A stretch of 64,000 nt of DNA from a virus (lineage: Duplodnaviria > Heunggongvirae > Uroviricota > Caudoviricetes). The stretch lies in IMG/VR virus record IMGVR_UViG_2684623189_000005. One strand, written 5' to 3'. Shown here in pieces: positions 28,700-37,686 of the stretch; the first letter of the stretch is position 1; each line of letters opens with the position of its first letter. Position numbers and translations under genes: made by a program. The notes beneath the pieces were generated by a model. That model searched no databases. It was given only the letters and a program-made list of their open reading frames with translations, and had not been told where the DNA came from.

Positions 28700-29050
28700 T
28701 TAAAGCCCCATCGCAACAGCCAGGCAGACCGCTGCAACAATCAGTGCACGGCGGATTAACGCAGCAGAAAACACCAGGTGAAGGCCGGTCTGTACCGGGA
28801 AACGCCCTTCAGCCATCAGCCTGTCGTCATGTTTCAGGTACTGACCGGGACGGGCTTTGGGGAAGAGCGAACGGTCAAGCCAGTAACCCAGCACTGCTGC
28901 CAGCGTGATGAGTGCCAGCTTGTAGATCACAACAGGCAGCTGCTGTGGTGAGACCAGAGCGATGGTGCCCAGCAACAGCACTGAGGTCAGCAGCCAGCCG
29001 CTGAGGCGAGGTTTTTTAACAGGGGGAATGAATTTTTTCAGGTTTTTCAT
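28700..29050 (-). CDS. putative holin (first gene of the late operon)
   Basis: Start at internal Met with a GGAG ribosome-binding site; multiple TM segments; directly upstream of the endolysin. Confidence 0.55.
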   Translation of the reverse strand: MKNLKKFIPPVKKPRLSGWLLTSVLLLGTIALVSPQQLPVVIYKLALITLAAVLGYWLDRSLFPKARPGQYLKHDDRLMAEGRFPVQTGLHLVFSAALIRRALIVAAVCLAVAMGL

Positions 29051-29180
29051 GTGTGTCTCCTCGTTTGGTGGAGACAGCATCACAAATACAGGGCGCAAAG
29101 GATTTTAAAGCGCGTTAAGAGAGCCGGGGATACGGGATGTGCAGGATAAACGATGAATTATTCACAGAGGAGAATACGAT
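29051..29180. promoter_or_regulatory. divergent intergenic region: candidate late (lysis) promoter and promoter of the P-loop gene
   Basis: 130-bp gap between divergently oriented genes. Confidence 0.35.
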
Positions 29181-29657
29181 ATGACGCACACACTGAATCC
29201 GGTCATCACTGTCACTGTGTCCGGTCCTGTGGGCAGCGGTAAAAGTTACGTACTGGCGCGGATAGAAGAGATGGTGAAACAGGAACTCGGAAACAGCGTC
29301 ATTGTCGATGCTGCTGACGTGGAGAATGAGCGCCGTATGAATGGCGAAGATCTGACGACCTGGCAGAAGCCACGGGGTGGCACAGTGATCAGGCTAGAGG
29401 AATACACGGGACAGGGCCTGTTGTCATACGGCGAGGAGCGTATCTGTCGGACGAATGAGCTGCTGGATGTTATATGCCCCACGGGCCGGCAACCCTGGAT
29501 ACTGCCCGATGCACTGCATGCCACCATTGCGGCACTGATGACAGTTTACGATCAGGAGCTGCTCATGAAGGAGTTACGTAAACTCACCGGTCAGCCAACA
29601 GAATGTTGTTCGTCTCCGAAGTACGGCAAACAGGAAAACGCCCCGGATAATCCTTAA
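29181..29657 (+). CDS. small P-loop NTPase (orphan)
   Basis: 158 aa; Walker A GPVGSGKS near the N-terminus, Walker-B-like VIVDAAD; preceded by a GAGGAG ribosome-binding site. Confidence 0.6.
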   Translation: MTHTLNPVITVTVSGPVGSGKSYVLARIEEMVKQELGNSVIVDAADVENERRMNGEDLTTWQKPRGGTVIRLEEYTGQGLLSYGEERICRTNELLDVICPTGRQPWILPDALHATIAALMTVYDQELLMKELRKLTGQPTECCSSPKYGKQENAPDNP

Positions 29658-29694
29658 GATACCTCCTGAACAGAAACAGCCCTGAAGGGCTGCA

Positions 29695-30285
29695 CTAAAA
29701 AAAGAAGTGTATTATTGCCCAAACAGCTATAACGATGATTCCCAGCCCAAGAGCCGATTCTAACTTATCTTTGGCAGTCATTTTTACTGTTGTAGCGGGC
29801 GCAGGTAAGTCTTGCTGCTGTGGATTTTCTGTTAGTTGTTTACGAGAAGAAACATCGCCCCTATTAGTTTGCTTCATGTTGATTACAGATGCGTTATGGG
29901 CATTATCAGCAGCAATTGACTGAAGTTTTACAAAAGTTTTTGAATCTGTTTTAGCCAGAAGTAACCTATTTCCCGTAAACATTGCCTTAAAAGTGATAGT
30001 TTTTTTCGTCTTGTCCGCCGCACCAAGCAAACCTCCAATGACCAACCCTGCACCACCAAAGATTAATCCACCAAGCAAACCTGCGCCTGCCGCCTTACCT
30101 ATACGGCTTTCCTCTTCACTATCCGCAAGTTCAATCGATAAAAGCTCTTCTTTCAGATTTAATACAATATTTTCAGGAAAGCCTTGTTTTGGTTTTTTGG
30201 CAAACACGATGGTACCGAACCCCATGCTTGCCCACCCTTTAGGAAAACTTCCTGCGATAACCTGAATCCCTGCCATGTTCATCAC
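29695..30285 (-). CDS. glycine-zipper membrane protein
   Basis: 196 aa; GKAAGAGLLGGLIFGGAGLVIGGLLGAA glycine-zipper helix plus C-terminal TM LGLGIIVIAVWAIIHFFF. Confidence 0.6.
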   Translation of the reverse strand: MMNMAGIQVIAGSFPKGWASMGFGTIVFAKKPKQGFPENIVLNLKEELLSIELADSEEESRIGKAAGAGLLGGLIFGGAGLVIGGLLGAADKTKKTITFKAMFTGNRLLLAKTDSKTFVKLQSIAADNAHNASVINMKQTNRGDVSSRKQLTENPQQQDLPAPATTVKMTAKDKLESALGLGIIVIAVWAIIHFFF

Positions 30286-30366
30286 CTTTTACATTAAAAT
30301 TTCAGAACGCAGCATGATGCCGCCTTTGTCTTTTTTCTGATCCCATGGTAATTCAGCTGTTATTTT

Positions 30367-31353
30367 CTATTTAAGAATAAAACGGTATTTACTGTCAGGA
30401 GTGCTTTGCTGATCAAGTAGCAGTGAACGACATGGAGCAGTCAAAACCCGAGCATAACTACCATCAGGGCTTATGTTAATGTAACAAACCTTGCCCTTAA
30501 CACTATAATTTTCGGGGACGGATGCCTTTGCTGATACAGTAAATTTAAGGGTATGCCAGCCCGTTTTTTGCTTGTAGCTTGAAACCGAATGGAAATCATC
30601 TGAGTACTTATTTAACCCTAGAAACATGCTGCGCAGTGCGGGGATGGAATCTTCTATTATTTTATCGTTGGTTTTAATGTTAAAAACGCTGGTTTCAGTA
30701 GAAGCTACTGCTTTGGCATTTCCCCATTTACCAGCGAACACAATCATTCCCACGAAAAATATTGCTACAAGAACTAACACTCCCCCCAACACTACTACAT
30801 GAGGCTTCCGGCTTCTGGTTGGTACAGTTGCGACTGATTTTGCACCGCTTTCCGATGGAGGTGATAGAGTTTTACTCTCATCACGAATATTCAGCAGATC
30901 ATCAAAATAACCAAACACAGCCTGCAACTGCTCTTTGTCTAGGCCTTTAAGATGGGTTGTACCGAAATGCTTCAGACAGTATCTGTCACGGTCAAGACGA
31001 TACCCAGGGTCAGTAAGCGCCATTATTTTGCTGACCAGAAGATTACAGTCCTTCATATTCTGGATCTGTTGTGCATATCTCTGAAGGATCTCAACCGCAC
31101 CATGATAATCAGCCGCAGTCATTTCATTAACTGTTTTGGTATTAAGTTTCGTGTGGATCGTCATCCATAGCTCGCGCTTACTTTCCCCCAGATCAACCAA
31201 TTCATCCATCAATCTGTGTAAATCGCGTTTTTGCAGCAACGAAATTGGTTGCTGGGCCGAAGGAAGTATGTCAGCAGAATAGTTATGAATGGTAACATCA
31301 CCGCTGACAACGTTACCCACATCCCCGTTAACTGTTTGCTTCTCTTTACTCAT
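30367..31353 (-). CDS. bitopic membrane protein apparently translationally coupled to the prophage repressor
   Basis: 328 aa; start overlaps the repressor stop; one central TM (VVVLGGVLVLVAIFFVGMIVFAG) between a cytoplasmic N-domain and a Cys-containing periplasmic C-domain. Confidence 0.6.
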   Translation of the reverse strand: MSKEKQTVNGDVGNVVSGDVTIHNYSADILPSAQQPISLLQKRDLHRLMDELVDLGESKRELWMTIHTKLNTKTVNEMTAADYHGAVEILQRYAQQIQNMKDCNLLVSKIMALTDPGYRLDRDRYCLKHFGTTHLKGLDKEQLQAVFGYFDDLLNIRDESKTLSPPSESGAKSVATVPTRSRKPHVVVLGGVLVLVAIFFVGMIVFAGKWGNAKAVASTETSVFNIKTNDKIIEDSIPALRSMFLGLNKYSDDFHSVSSYKQKTGWHTLKFTVSAKASVPENYSVKGKVCYINISPDGSYARVLTAPCRSLLLDQQSTPDSKYRFILK

Positions 31354-31811
31354 CTTCTCTTGGTATTTTTGTTCATTATTCCACCTGTTCCTATGGTTAC
31401 GTTACCTTTGATAACATTCCCCAGAACATCTCCATGAATAACCTGTTCCGCCCGTTCTCTGGAGGAGCCAGTAGTCAAGGCCGACAAAACTGAACCTTTG
31501 ACCTGTAATGGTGCCTGCCGGTAGTGCTGCAGTAACTCCATTTCATCACGTGATAAAGTTATACCTGATGACTCCCCGGTAAGAATGAACTGTACATTGG
31601 CCCCAATTCTTGCAAAGGCTGCAAGTAACTCACCTCCGGGAACAGCAACCCCTCGTTCATATTTCCCCCACATTTCTCTTGAAACGCCACAAAGGGCTGC
31701 TACTTCAGCCTGCTTGAGTGATAACCGCGAACGCTCAGCTTTGAACCGCGACGCGCAAAGAGAATCAAAATTCACATAAACCTCATTGACAATGAGAACA
31801 ATAGTTCTCAT
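31350..31811 (-). CDS. prophage repressor (XRE-family HTH)
   Basis: 153 aa; HTH ...LSLKQAEVAALCGVSREMWGKYERG...; divergent from the ner-like gene. Confidence 0.75.
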   Translation of the reverse strand: MRTIVLIVNEVYVNFDSLCASRFKAERSRLSLKQAEVAALCGVSREMWGKYERGVAVPGGELLAAFARIGANVQFILTGESSGITLSRDEMELLQHYRQAPLQVKGSVLSALTTGSSRERAEQVIHGDVLGNVIKGNVTIGTGGIMNKNTKRR

Positions 31812-31861
31812 AATCTATCACATATAAAACAAACATCATTGCATCAACAAAGGAGACAACA
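31812..31861. promoter_or_regulatory. 50-bp divergent repressor/early-operon control region
   Basis: Only non-coding sequence between the divergent repressor and ner-like genes. Confidence 0.5.
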
Positions 31862-32050
31862 ATGACTTCCGAACAAGTTAAAAATCTCTTCCGTCAGCGT
31901 GGTATCACGTTTACCCGCTGGGCCGAAGAACACGGCTACAGCCGCAATGAGGTCTATCGTGTTCTCAATGGACAGACCAAAGCTCGTTACGGCAAAGCCC
32001 ATGAAATTGCCGTAAAACTGGGATTAAAACCCACGTCAAATGCGGCATAA
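31862..32050 (+). CDS. ner: Ner-like DNA-binding protein
   Basis: 62 aa; ...ITFTRWAEEHGYSRNEVYRVLNGQ... Ner/Nlp-type helix; first gene of the early operon. Confidence 0.7.
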   Translation: MTSEQVKNLFRQRGITFTRWAEEHGYSRNEVYRVLNGQTKARYGKAHEIAVKLGLKPTSNAA

Positions 32051-32102
32051 ATTTTCCACATATGCAACAGGTTATCACATATTGCAAAAATGGAAATGTG
32101 AC

Positions 32103-32411
32103 ATGAGTAAAGTAAATATTTCCAGTTCTGGGACCCGCATCCTACGTGTACTCAAAGCTCTACGCGGTCATGCTCTGAACGGTGTTTCTAACGGTGAACT
32201 GGCATCAGCCCTGGGGGAGTCCCCAGCGAATATCAATCGAGCACTTAATACCCTTATTGAAGAGGGACTGGCCATGAAATTAGAGAACGGACGTTTCGCA
32301 CCGGGAATCCAGTTACTACAGATCGCCATGGCTCACAGTCACGAGATGGCGCGTGCACAGGATCGTATTAACGAAATCAACCAACGAGTTATTTCAGGTA
32401 GTCGTTTGTAA
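32103..32411 (+). CDS. putative winged-helix DNA-binding protein
   Basis: ~103 aa from internal Met; ...ILRVLKALRGHALNGVSNGELASALGESPANINRALNTLIEEGL... Confidence 0.5.
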   Translation: MSKVNISSSGTRILRVLKALRGHALNGVSNGELASALGESPANINRALNTLIEEGLAMKLENGRFAPGIQLLQIAMAHSHEMARAQDRINEINQRVISGSRL

Positions 32412-32421
32412 GGAGTAATCA

Positions 32422-33336
32422 ATGGGACGCACCAAATCACCCGTTAACACTGAACTGAATGTTGAGGTTCCGCTGTCAGATAACATCAATGTCAATTTGA
32501 ACGCTATGACACAGCATCGCATGGAAATTATGCAGCAGTTTGGTGATGGACTGCCTTATGAACGTGATCGCATTGTTCACGAAGCACGTTTTTATATGGC
32601 GCAGAGTGCTGAATCTATGCTGGAAGCGGGTAAGCGGCTGATCATCTTAAAAGAAAATGAGCCACACGGTGATTTTACAAACATTTTAGAAAATGAACTC
32701 GGACTTGCACCACAAGTTGCTCGCCGCATGATGCAAGCCAGTATGAAGTTTTTGGGAGAAGGTGATGAGCCAACAAAACGCTCAACGTTGAGCGTTTTGG
32801 GGAAAGCCAAACTGTACGACCTGATGGTTCTGGATAATGAAGAACTTGATGAATTGGCCGACGGCGGCACAGTTGCCGGCCTGACGCTTGACGACGTTGA
32901 TCGCATGTCAGTACGTGAATTGCGTCAGGCCCTGCGCGAAGCGCGCGAAACCAACGCAGCACAACAGCGCGTACTCGCTGACAAAAATGAAAAAATAGAC
33001 TCACTCTCCACCAGACTGGAGAAGAAATCCCGTATTCAGCCGCCTGAGCCTGATGAAGAGGTTAAGAAGCTGCGGGCGGAAGTGACAGCATTAGCGGTTG
33101 AGGCGGAATCTGCTATCGCCGTTCGACTGTCCAGCGCTTTTGAGACGCTGTGCGCATATTGTGCTGAAAACATGATTGATACCCCCAGAGACTTCATGGC
33201 AGGCCTGGTCTGTCAACTGGAAAGCACAGCGCGTAGCCTGCGCTCCACATTTGACCTGCCGGATGAGCCAACAGGCAATGCCGCGCCTTCATGGCTGACT
33301 GAGCCGACGCCACAGATTAACGGGCTGGAGGCATAA
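32422..33336 (+). CDS. hypothetical early protein with coiled-coil segment
   Basis: 304-aa ORF between ner and the transposase; no family recognised with certainty. Confidence 0.5.
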   Translation: MGRTKSPVNTELNVEVPLSDNINVNLNAMTQHRMEIMQQFGDGLPYERDRIVHEARFYMAQSAESMLEAGKRLIILKENEPHGDFTNILENELGLAPQVARRMMQASMKFLGEGDEPTKRSTLSVLGKAKLYDLMVLDNEELDELADGGTVAGLTLDDVDRMSVRELRQALREARETNAAQQRVLADKNEKIDSLSTRLEKKSRIQPPEPDEEVKKLRAEVTALAVEAESAIAVRLSSAFETLCAYCAENMIDTPRDFMAGLVCQLESTARSLRSTFDLPDEPTGNAAPSWLTEPTPQINGLEA

Positions 33337-33339
33337 CCA

Positions 33340-35109
33340 ATGAATGCTGCCCTGACTGAACGACTGGTTTATGTCGCCCGCGCGGCACGTGACGCGGGGC
33401 ATGGTAAACGCGGTGCAATATACGACGCTGCCTGTGCTGAACTTGGCATGTCCCGCGCCACTCTGCTGCGCAGGCTGAAGGAGGTCTCTGTGACTGATAA
33501 ACGCAAAAAACGCGCTGATGCCGGACGCAGCGCCCTGACCCGCGACGAAGCCGCGCTGATATCTGCCACACTGCGTGAGGCCACCCGCAAGAACGGTAAA
33601 CGCCTCTATTCCATCGCAGATGCAGTGGAAACCCTGCGGGCTAACGGCTTTATCACCGCAGGCAGAACAGATGAAACCACCGGTGAGTTTTTCCCGTTGT
33701 CTGAAGATGCCATCAGCCGTGCTCTGCGTAACTATGGCCTGCACCCGGAACAACTGGATGCTCCTGCACCGCATACCGAAGTGGCCAGTCTGCACCCCAA
33801 TCATGTCTGGCAGATTGACGCCTCACTCTGCACGCTTTACTACCTGAGCAATGGACATAAAGGGCTGCAGGTGATGGACAGCGCGAAGTTCTACAAGAAC
33901 AAGCCCGCTAACCTTGCCCGTATCGCCAGTGACCGCGTGTGGAGTTACGAGATTACCGACCATGCCAGCGGCTGGATTTACGTTGAGTATGTGACGGGCG
34001 CGGAATCAGGTGAGAACCTGTGTTCTGTGCTTATCAACGCCATGCAGGAGCGTGGCGGCGCAGACGTGCTGCACGGCGTGCCAAAAATACTCTATCTCGA
34101 CCCCGGCTCGGCAAACACCGCGGGTATGACGAAAAACATGTGCCGCTCACTGGGCATCGACCTGATAGCGCACAAGCCGCATAACGCCCGCGCCACCGGA
34201 CAGGTGGAAAAGGCGCGGGACATTATCGAACGCAAGCTGGAGCCGGGTCTGAAGTTCCGGCCGGTTCACAGTCTGGAAGAACTCAATGCGCTGGCCGCGA
34301 AATGGCGCAGCCACTTTAACGCCACGGCTGTTCACAGCCGCCACGGTAAAACCCGCACGGATATCTGGCTGAAGATTACTGCTGAGCAGCTGAAAAAAGC
34401 GCCTTCCGTTGAGGTATGTCGTGAACTGGCTGTGGCGGCACCAGAACTCCGCAAAGTCACGCCAAAACTTCGTGTCTCGTTCCGGGGCACTGAATTTGAC
34501 GTATCAACGGTACCGGGCGTACTGGTCGGTGAAAAACTGATGATTACCCGTAACCCGTGGCGCAGCGATGTGGCACAGGTGGTTCTGACCGGTGAGGACG
34601 GCCACGAGACGTTCTTCCTGGTCGAAGAAGTCAGAAAGAACGAGTTTGGCTTTGCTGAAGGCGCGGCGGTATTTGGCGAAAGTTACAAAGCCCTGCCGGA
34701 AACCCCGGCGCAGATGGCGGCAAAAGAAACCGAAGCGCTGGTCACCGGTACAGACAACGCCGCAGATGCAGCTGCCGCACGCAAGGCGAAGGCGCTGCCG
34801 TTCGGCGGGCGGCTTGACCCATATAAACATATTGATGACGCCACACTTCCGGCCTATATGCCGAAGCGAGGTCAGGCCTCTGACGTACGCGGGCCGCGCA
34901 CTGAACAACGTCCCATGACTCATGTGGAGGCCGCGAAAGCCCTGCGCGATAAGTTCAGCGCCGACGGCCTTACCTGGACGCCGGAACATTACCGCCAGTT
35001 AACGGCACAGTATCCGGACGGCGTACCGGAAGCCGCACTGGATGAAGTCATGGCCACGCTGACCACGCCGGCCCGCAGCAGCGTTATCAGCATTGTTAAC
35101 GGCAACTGA
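33340..35109 (+). CDS. DDE transposase (Mu A-like function; integrase-core fold)
   Basis: 589 aa; N-terminal HTH, central ...HVWQIDAS... and ...ILYLDPGSANTAG... DDE-type core. Confidence 0.85.
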   Translation: MNAALTERLVYVARAARDAGHGKRGAIYDAACAELGMSRATLLRRLKEVSVTDKRKKRADAGRSALTRDEAALISATLREATRKNGKRLYSIADAVETLRANGFITAGRTDETTGEFFPLSEDAISRALRNYGLHPEQLDAPAPHTEVASLHPNHVWQIDASLCTLYYLSNGHKGLQVMDSAKFYKNKPANLARIASDRVWSYEITDHASGWIYVEYVTGAESGENLCSVLINAMQERGGADVLHGVPKILYLDPGSANTAGMTKNMCRSLGIDLIAHKPHNARATGQVEKARDIIERKLEPGLKFRPVHSLEELNALAAKWRSHFNATAVHSRHGKTRTDIWLKITAEQLKKAPSVEVCRELAVAAPELRKVTPKLRVSFRGTEFDVSTVPGVLVGEKLMITRNPWRSDVAQVVLTGEDGHETFFLVEEVRKNEFGFAEGAAVFGESYKALPETPAQMAAKETEALVTGTDNAADAAAARKAKALPFGGRLDPYKHIDDATLPAYMPKRGQASDVRGPRTEQRPMTHVEAAKALRDKFSADGLTWTPEHYRQLTAQYPDGVPEAALDEVMATLTTPARSSVISIVNGN

Positions 35110-35119
35110 GGAGGGATAC

Positions 35120-36286
35120 ATGCTGGTACTGAAGCAGCAACTGAAAGAGGCCCGTATTCCACAGGCGGTGGTGGCGAGAGCTGTCGATGTTTCTGAGGCC
35201 ACGCTGGCCCAGATTGTGAATCATAACGCGTGGCCCCGCACCAGCCCCGGAGAAGTGCGCCGGCGTCTTGCGTCCTGGCTGGAAAGTCAGGGGATTGATA
35301 CAACGAAGAGTTTTGATGCTGTACAGGGCGCGGCCACGCCCCGTACAGCGGGTACCACAGATAAAACGAGCCTCAGTGAGGAAGAGAATATGTTACTCAA
35401 AAAACAGGTGTTATTTCCAGCAACCAAAAAAGCGTTTGGTCTTTTCCGTGACCCGTTCGCCGACGAAGCCATGCAGGGTTCTGATGATGTGTTCACCACT
35501 CCGGACATTCGCTACGTGCGTGAGGCGCTGTACCAGACAGCCCGTCATGGTGGGTTTATGGCCGTCATCGGTGAGTCCGGTGCGGGTAAATCCACGCTGC
35601 GCCGTGACCTGACTGAACGTATCAACCGCGAGAATGCGCCGGTGATTGTTATCGAGCCATACATCATCGCTATGGAAGACAACGATGTGAAAGGGAAAAC
35701 CCTGAAGGCAGCAGCGATTGCCGAAGCCATTATCAGTACCATCGCACCACTGGAAAGCATCAGACGCAGTCAGGACGCCCGCTTTCGCCAGCTGCATCGC
35801 GTCCTGAAAGACAGCAGCCAGGCGGGGTTCAGCCACGTTCTGGTGATTGAGGAGGCCCACAGTCTGCCCATTCCGACACTGAAACACCTCAAACGCTTTT
35901 TTGAGCTGGAGTCCGGTTTCAAAAAACTGCTGTCCATCGTGCTGATTGGCCAGCCGGAACTGGCGACAAAACTGTCTGAACGCAATATGGAAGTCCGTGA
36001 AGTCGTTCAGCGCTGTGAGGTGGTCGAACTTCTGCCTCTGGACAATAACCTTGAAGAGTTTCTGACGTTCAAACTGCAACGGGCCGGTAAACAACTGACG
36101 GACATTATGGACGCCAGCGCAGTGGATGCCATACGTGCCCGCCTGAGCAATCCGGGAAGTCATCGTAAAAATATGGTCAGCCTGCTGTATCCGCTGGCCG
36201 TCAGTAACCTGGTAATAGCCGCCATGAATCTGGCCGCTGAAATCGGGGTTCCACAGGTCAACGCTGACGTTGTCAAAGGGGTTTAA
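35120..36286 (+). CDS. transposition ATPase (MuB/TniB-like AAA+)
   Basis: Walker A GESGAGKST, Walker B HVLVIEEAH; GAGGAGGG ribosome-binding site before the ATG at 35120. Confidence 0.8.
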   Translation: MLVLKQQLKEARIPQAVVARAVDVSEATLAQIVNHNAWPRTSPGEVRRRLASWLESQGIDTTKSFDAVQGAATPRTAGTTDKTSLSEEENMLLKKQVLFPATKKAFGLFRDPFADEAMQGSDDVFTTPDIRYVREALYQTARHGGFMAVIGESGAGKSTLRRDLTERINRENAPVIVIEPYIIAMEDNDVKGKTLKAAAIAEAIISTIAPLESIRRSQDARFRQLHRVLKDSSQAGFSHVLVIEEAHSLPIPTLKHLKRFFELESGFKKLLSIVLIGQPELATKLSERNMEVREVVQRCEVVELLPLDNNLEEFLTFKLQRAGKQLTDIMDASAVDAIRARLSNPGSHRKNMVSLLYPLAVSNLVIAAMNLAAEIGVPQVNADVVKGV

Positions 36287-36288
36287 TA

Positions 36289-36558
36289 ATGAAATCCACC
36301 ACAGGTATCAACCAGCAAATCAGCAAAGTGCAGTCAGCCATTATGGCGCTTAAGGCGACGAACACGGATGTACAAAGCATCACCATCAGGGGTAACAAAC
36401 CTGTCATCCGCGTTTCCCGGAGTGCGCATTGCATGCGCATGCTTGAGCAGGGAAAGGCCTGTTATCTGTATACCGGACATGACCACAGGGGATATTTCCG
36501 TCAGGGCGTTTTCGAACTGCACGGCTGTCGCGTCGTGTGGCCGGAATCTTTGTGGTAA
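36289..36558 (+). CDS. hypothetical early protein
   Basis: 89-aa ORF tightly following the B-like gene. Confidence 0.4.
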   Translation: MKSTTGINQQISKVQSAIMALKATNTDVQSITIRGNKPVIRVSRSAHCMRMLEQGKACYLYTGHDHRGYFRQGVFELHGCRVVWPESLW

Positions 36559-36585
36559 TCAGCACAACTGGAGAAATCATAAAAA

Positions 36586-37116
36586 ATGGCAAAAAGTACA
36601 AAAGGTGCAAAACGTATCAAGGCCGCAGCAGCACTCTGGGTGCCGGGGACACGTGAAGAGGTCATTGAGGGAATCAGACTACTCGGTGACGCACAACGTG
36701 AACTGGTCAGGGCTGAAACAGAAATGAATGACGCCATTGGCGATATCACCGCACGTTATGCCCCGCTCACCGAGAGCCTGAAAAAACGCATGGCCGAACT
36801 GCAGTCCGGTATTCAGACATGGTGTGAGGCACACCGTGATGAACTGACCGGCAACGGGAAGGTGAAGTTCGCTAACCTCACCACCGGCGAGGTGCAGTGG
36901 CGAAACCGTCCGCCATCAGTCAGTATCCGTGGGGCGGATAATGTTATTGAATTACTGAGACGTCTGGGGCTTGAGCGCTTTATTCGTGTAAAAGAGGAAA
37001 TAAATAAAGACGCTATCCTGAATGAAAAAGAGGCCGTGAAAAATATTCCCGGTATTTCCATTAAAAGCGACATTGAGGATTTTTCAATAATTCCTTTTGA
37101 GCAGGATGTGCAGTAA
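36586..37116 (+). CDS. gam: Gam-like host-nuclease inhibitor (DNA end-binding)
   Basis: 176 aa; ...RFIRVKEEINKDAILNEKEAVKNIPGISIKSDIEDFSIIPFEQ... matches Mu Gam as recalled. Confidence 0.8.
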   Translation: MAKSTKGAKRIKAAAALWVPGTREEVIEGIRLLGDAQRELVRAETEMNDAIGDITARYAPLTESLKKRMAELQSGIQTWCEAHRDELTGNGKVKFANLTTGEVQWRNRPPSVSIRGADNVIELLRRLGLERFIRVKEEINKDAILNEKEAVKNIPGISIKSDIEDFSIIPFEQDVQ

Positions 37117-37213
37117 ACACACCACGTTAATTATTTAATAAAAACATTTTCTTTTTTATTCCGGCGTCAGCGCCGCGGGCTTCTGCACGCCGGAAACAGA
37201 GGAGAATTAAATC

Positions 37214-37408
37214 ATGATATTTAAATGTATTCAGTGCGAGAGGGATATAACAGCCCTGCGTTTTCACAGCGCCATCGCCGTGATGTCCGGTAAATACCAC
37301 ATCCCTGCGGTACGCGTCACCCTGGTCTGCCCGTACTGCAGCCAGCATTTTTCGGCAGACGTGCCCGTCATGGAATTCTCCCGCCCTGACAGGGAGGACT
37401 CGCAATGA
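37214..37408 (+). CDS. small zinc-ribbon protein
   Basis: 64 aa with CxxC ... CPYC pairs. Confidence 0.45.
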   Translation: MIFKCIQCERDITALRFHSAIAVMSGKYHIPAVRVTLVCPYCSQHFSADVPVMEFSRPDREDSQ

Positions 37409-37677
37409 TTACCCCACAGGAAGCACGACAGCGCACCCGAACCCTTGTTGAACACTATGTCAACGAGTGTGAATGCCGCGACCTCACCGATGTGAAGCAC
37501 GTCCTGACGGCGCTAATCAGCATGACCGCTCAGGCCATTGTGGCGACCAACGGAAAGGCGGCTGCCCTGCAGGTACTGGTGAACACACTCACCCACACGG
37601 CAGAGCATGAGGTGCCGTACCGGATGGAAACCACTGCAGAAGGCGGCCTGCACATCACCGTCAGCCGGAAGCACTGA
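37405..37677 (+). CDS. hypothetical early protein
   Basis: 90-aa ORF, start/stop coupled. Confidence 0.4.
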   Translation: MITPQEARQRTRTLVEHYVNECECRDLTDVKHVLTALISMTAQAIVATNGKAAALQVLVNTLTHTAEHEVPYRMETTAEGGLHITVSRKH

Positions 37678-37686
37678 GGGCGCGGC

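Noticed and set aside
33340-35109. Transposase as a stand-alone IS element
   Set aside because: It is flanked by ner-like, MuB-like, gam and mor genes and lies inside a 37-kb element with its own terminal repeats; it is the phage transposase, not an IS.
35411-36163. 250-aa minus-strand ORF
   Set aside because: Antisense to the MuB-like ATPase gene, which carries clear Walker motifs on the plus strand.
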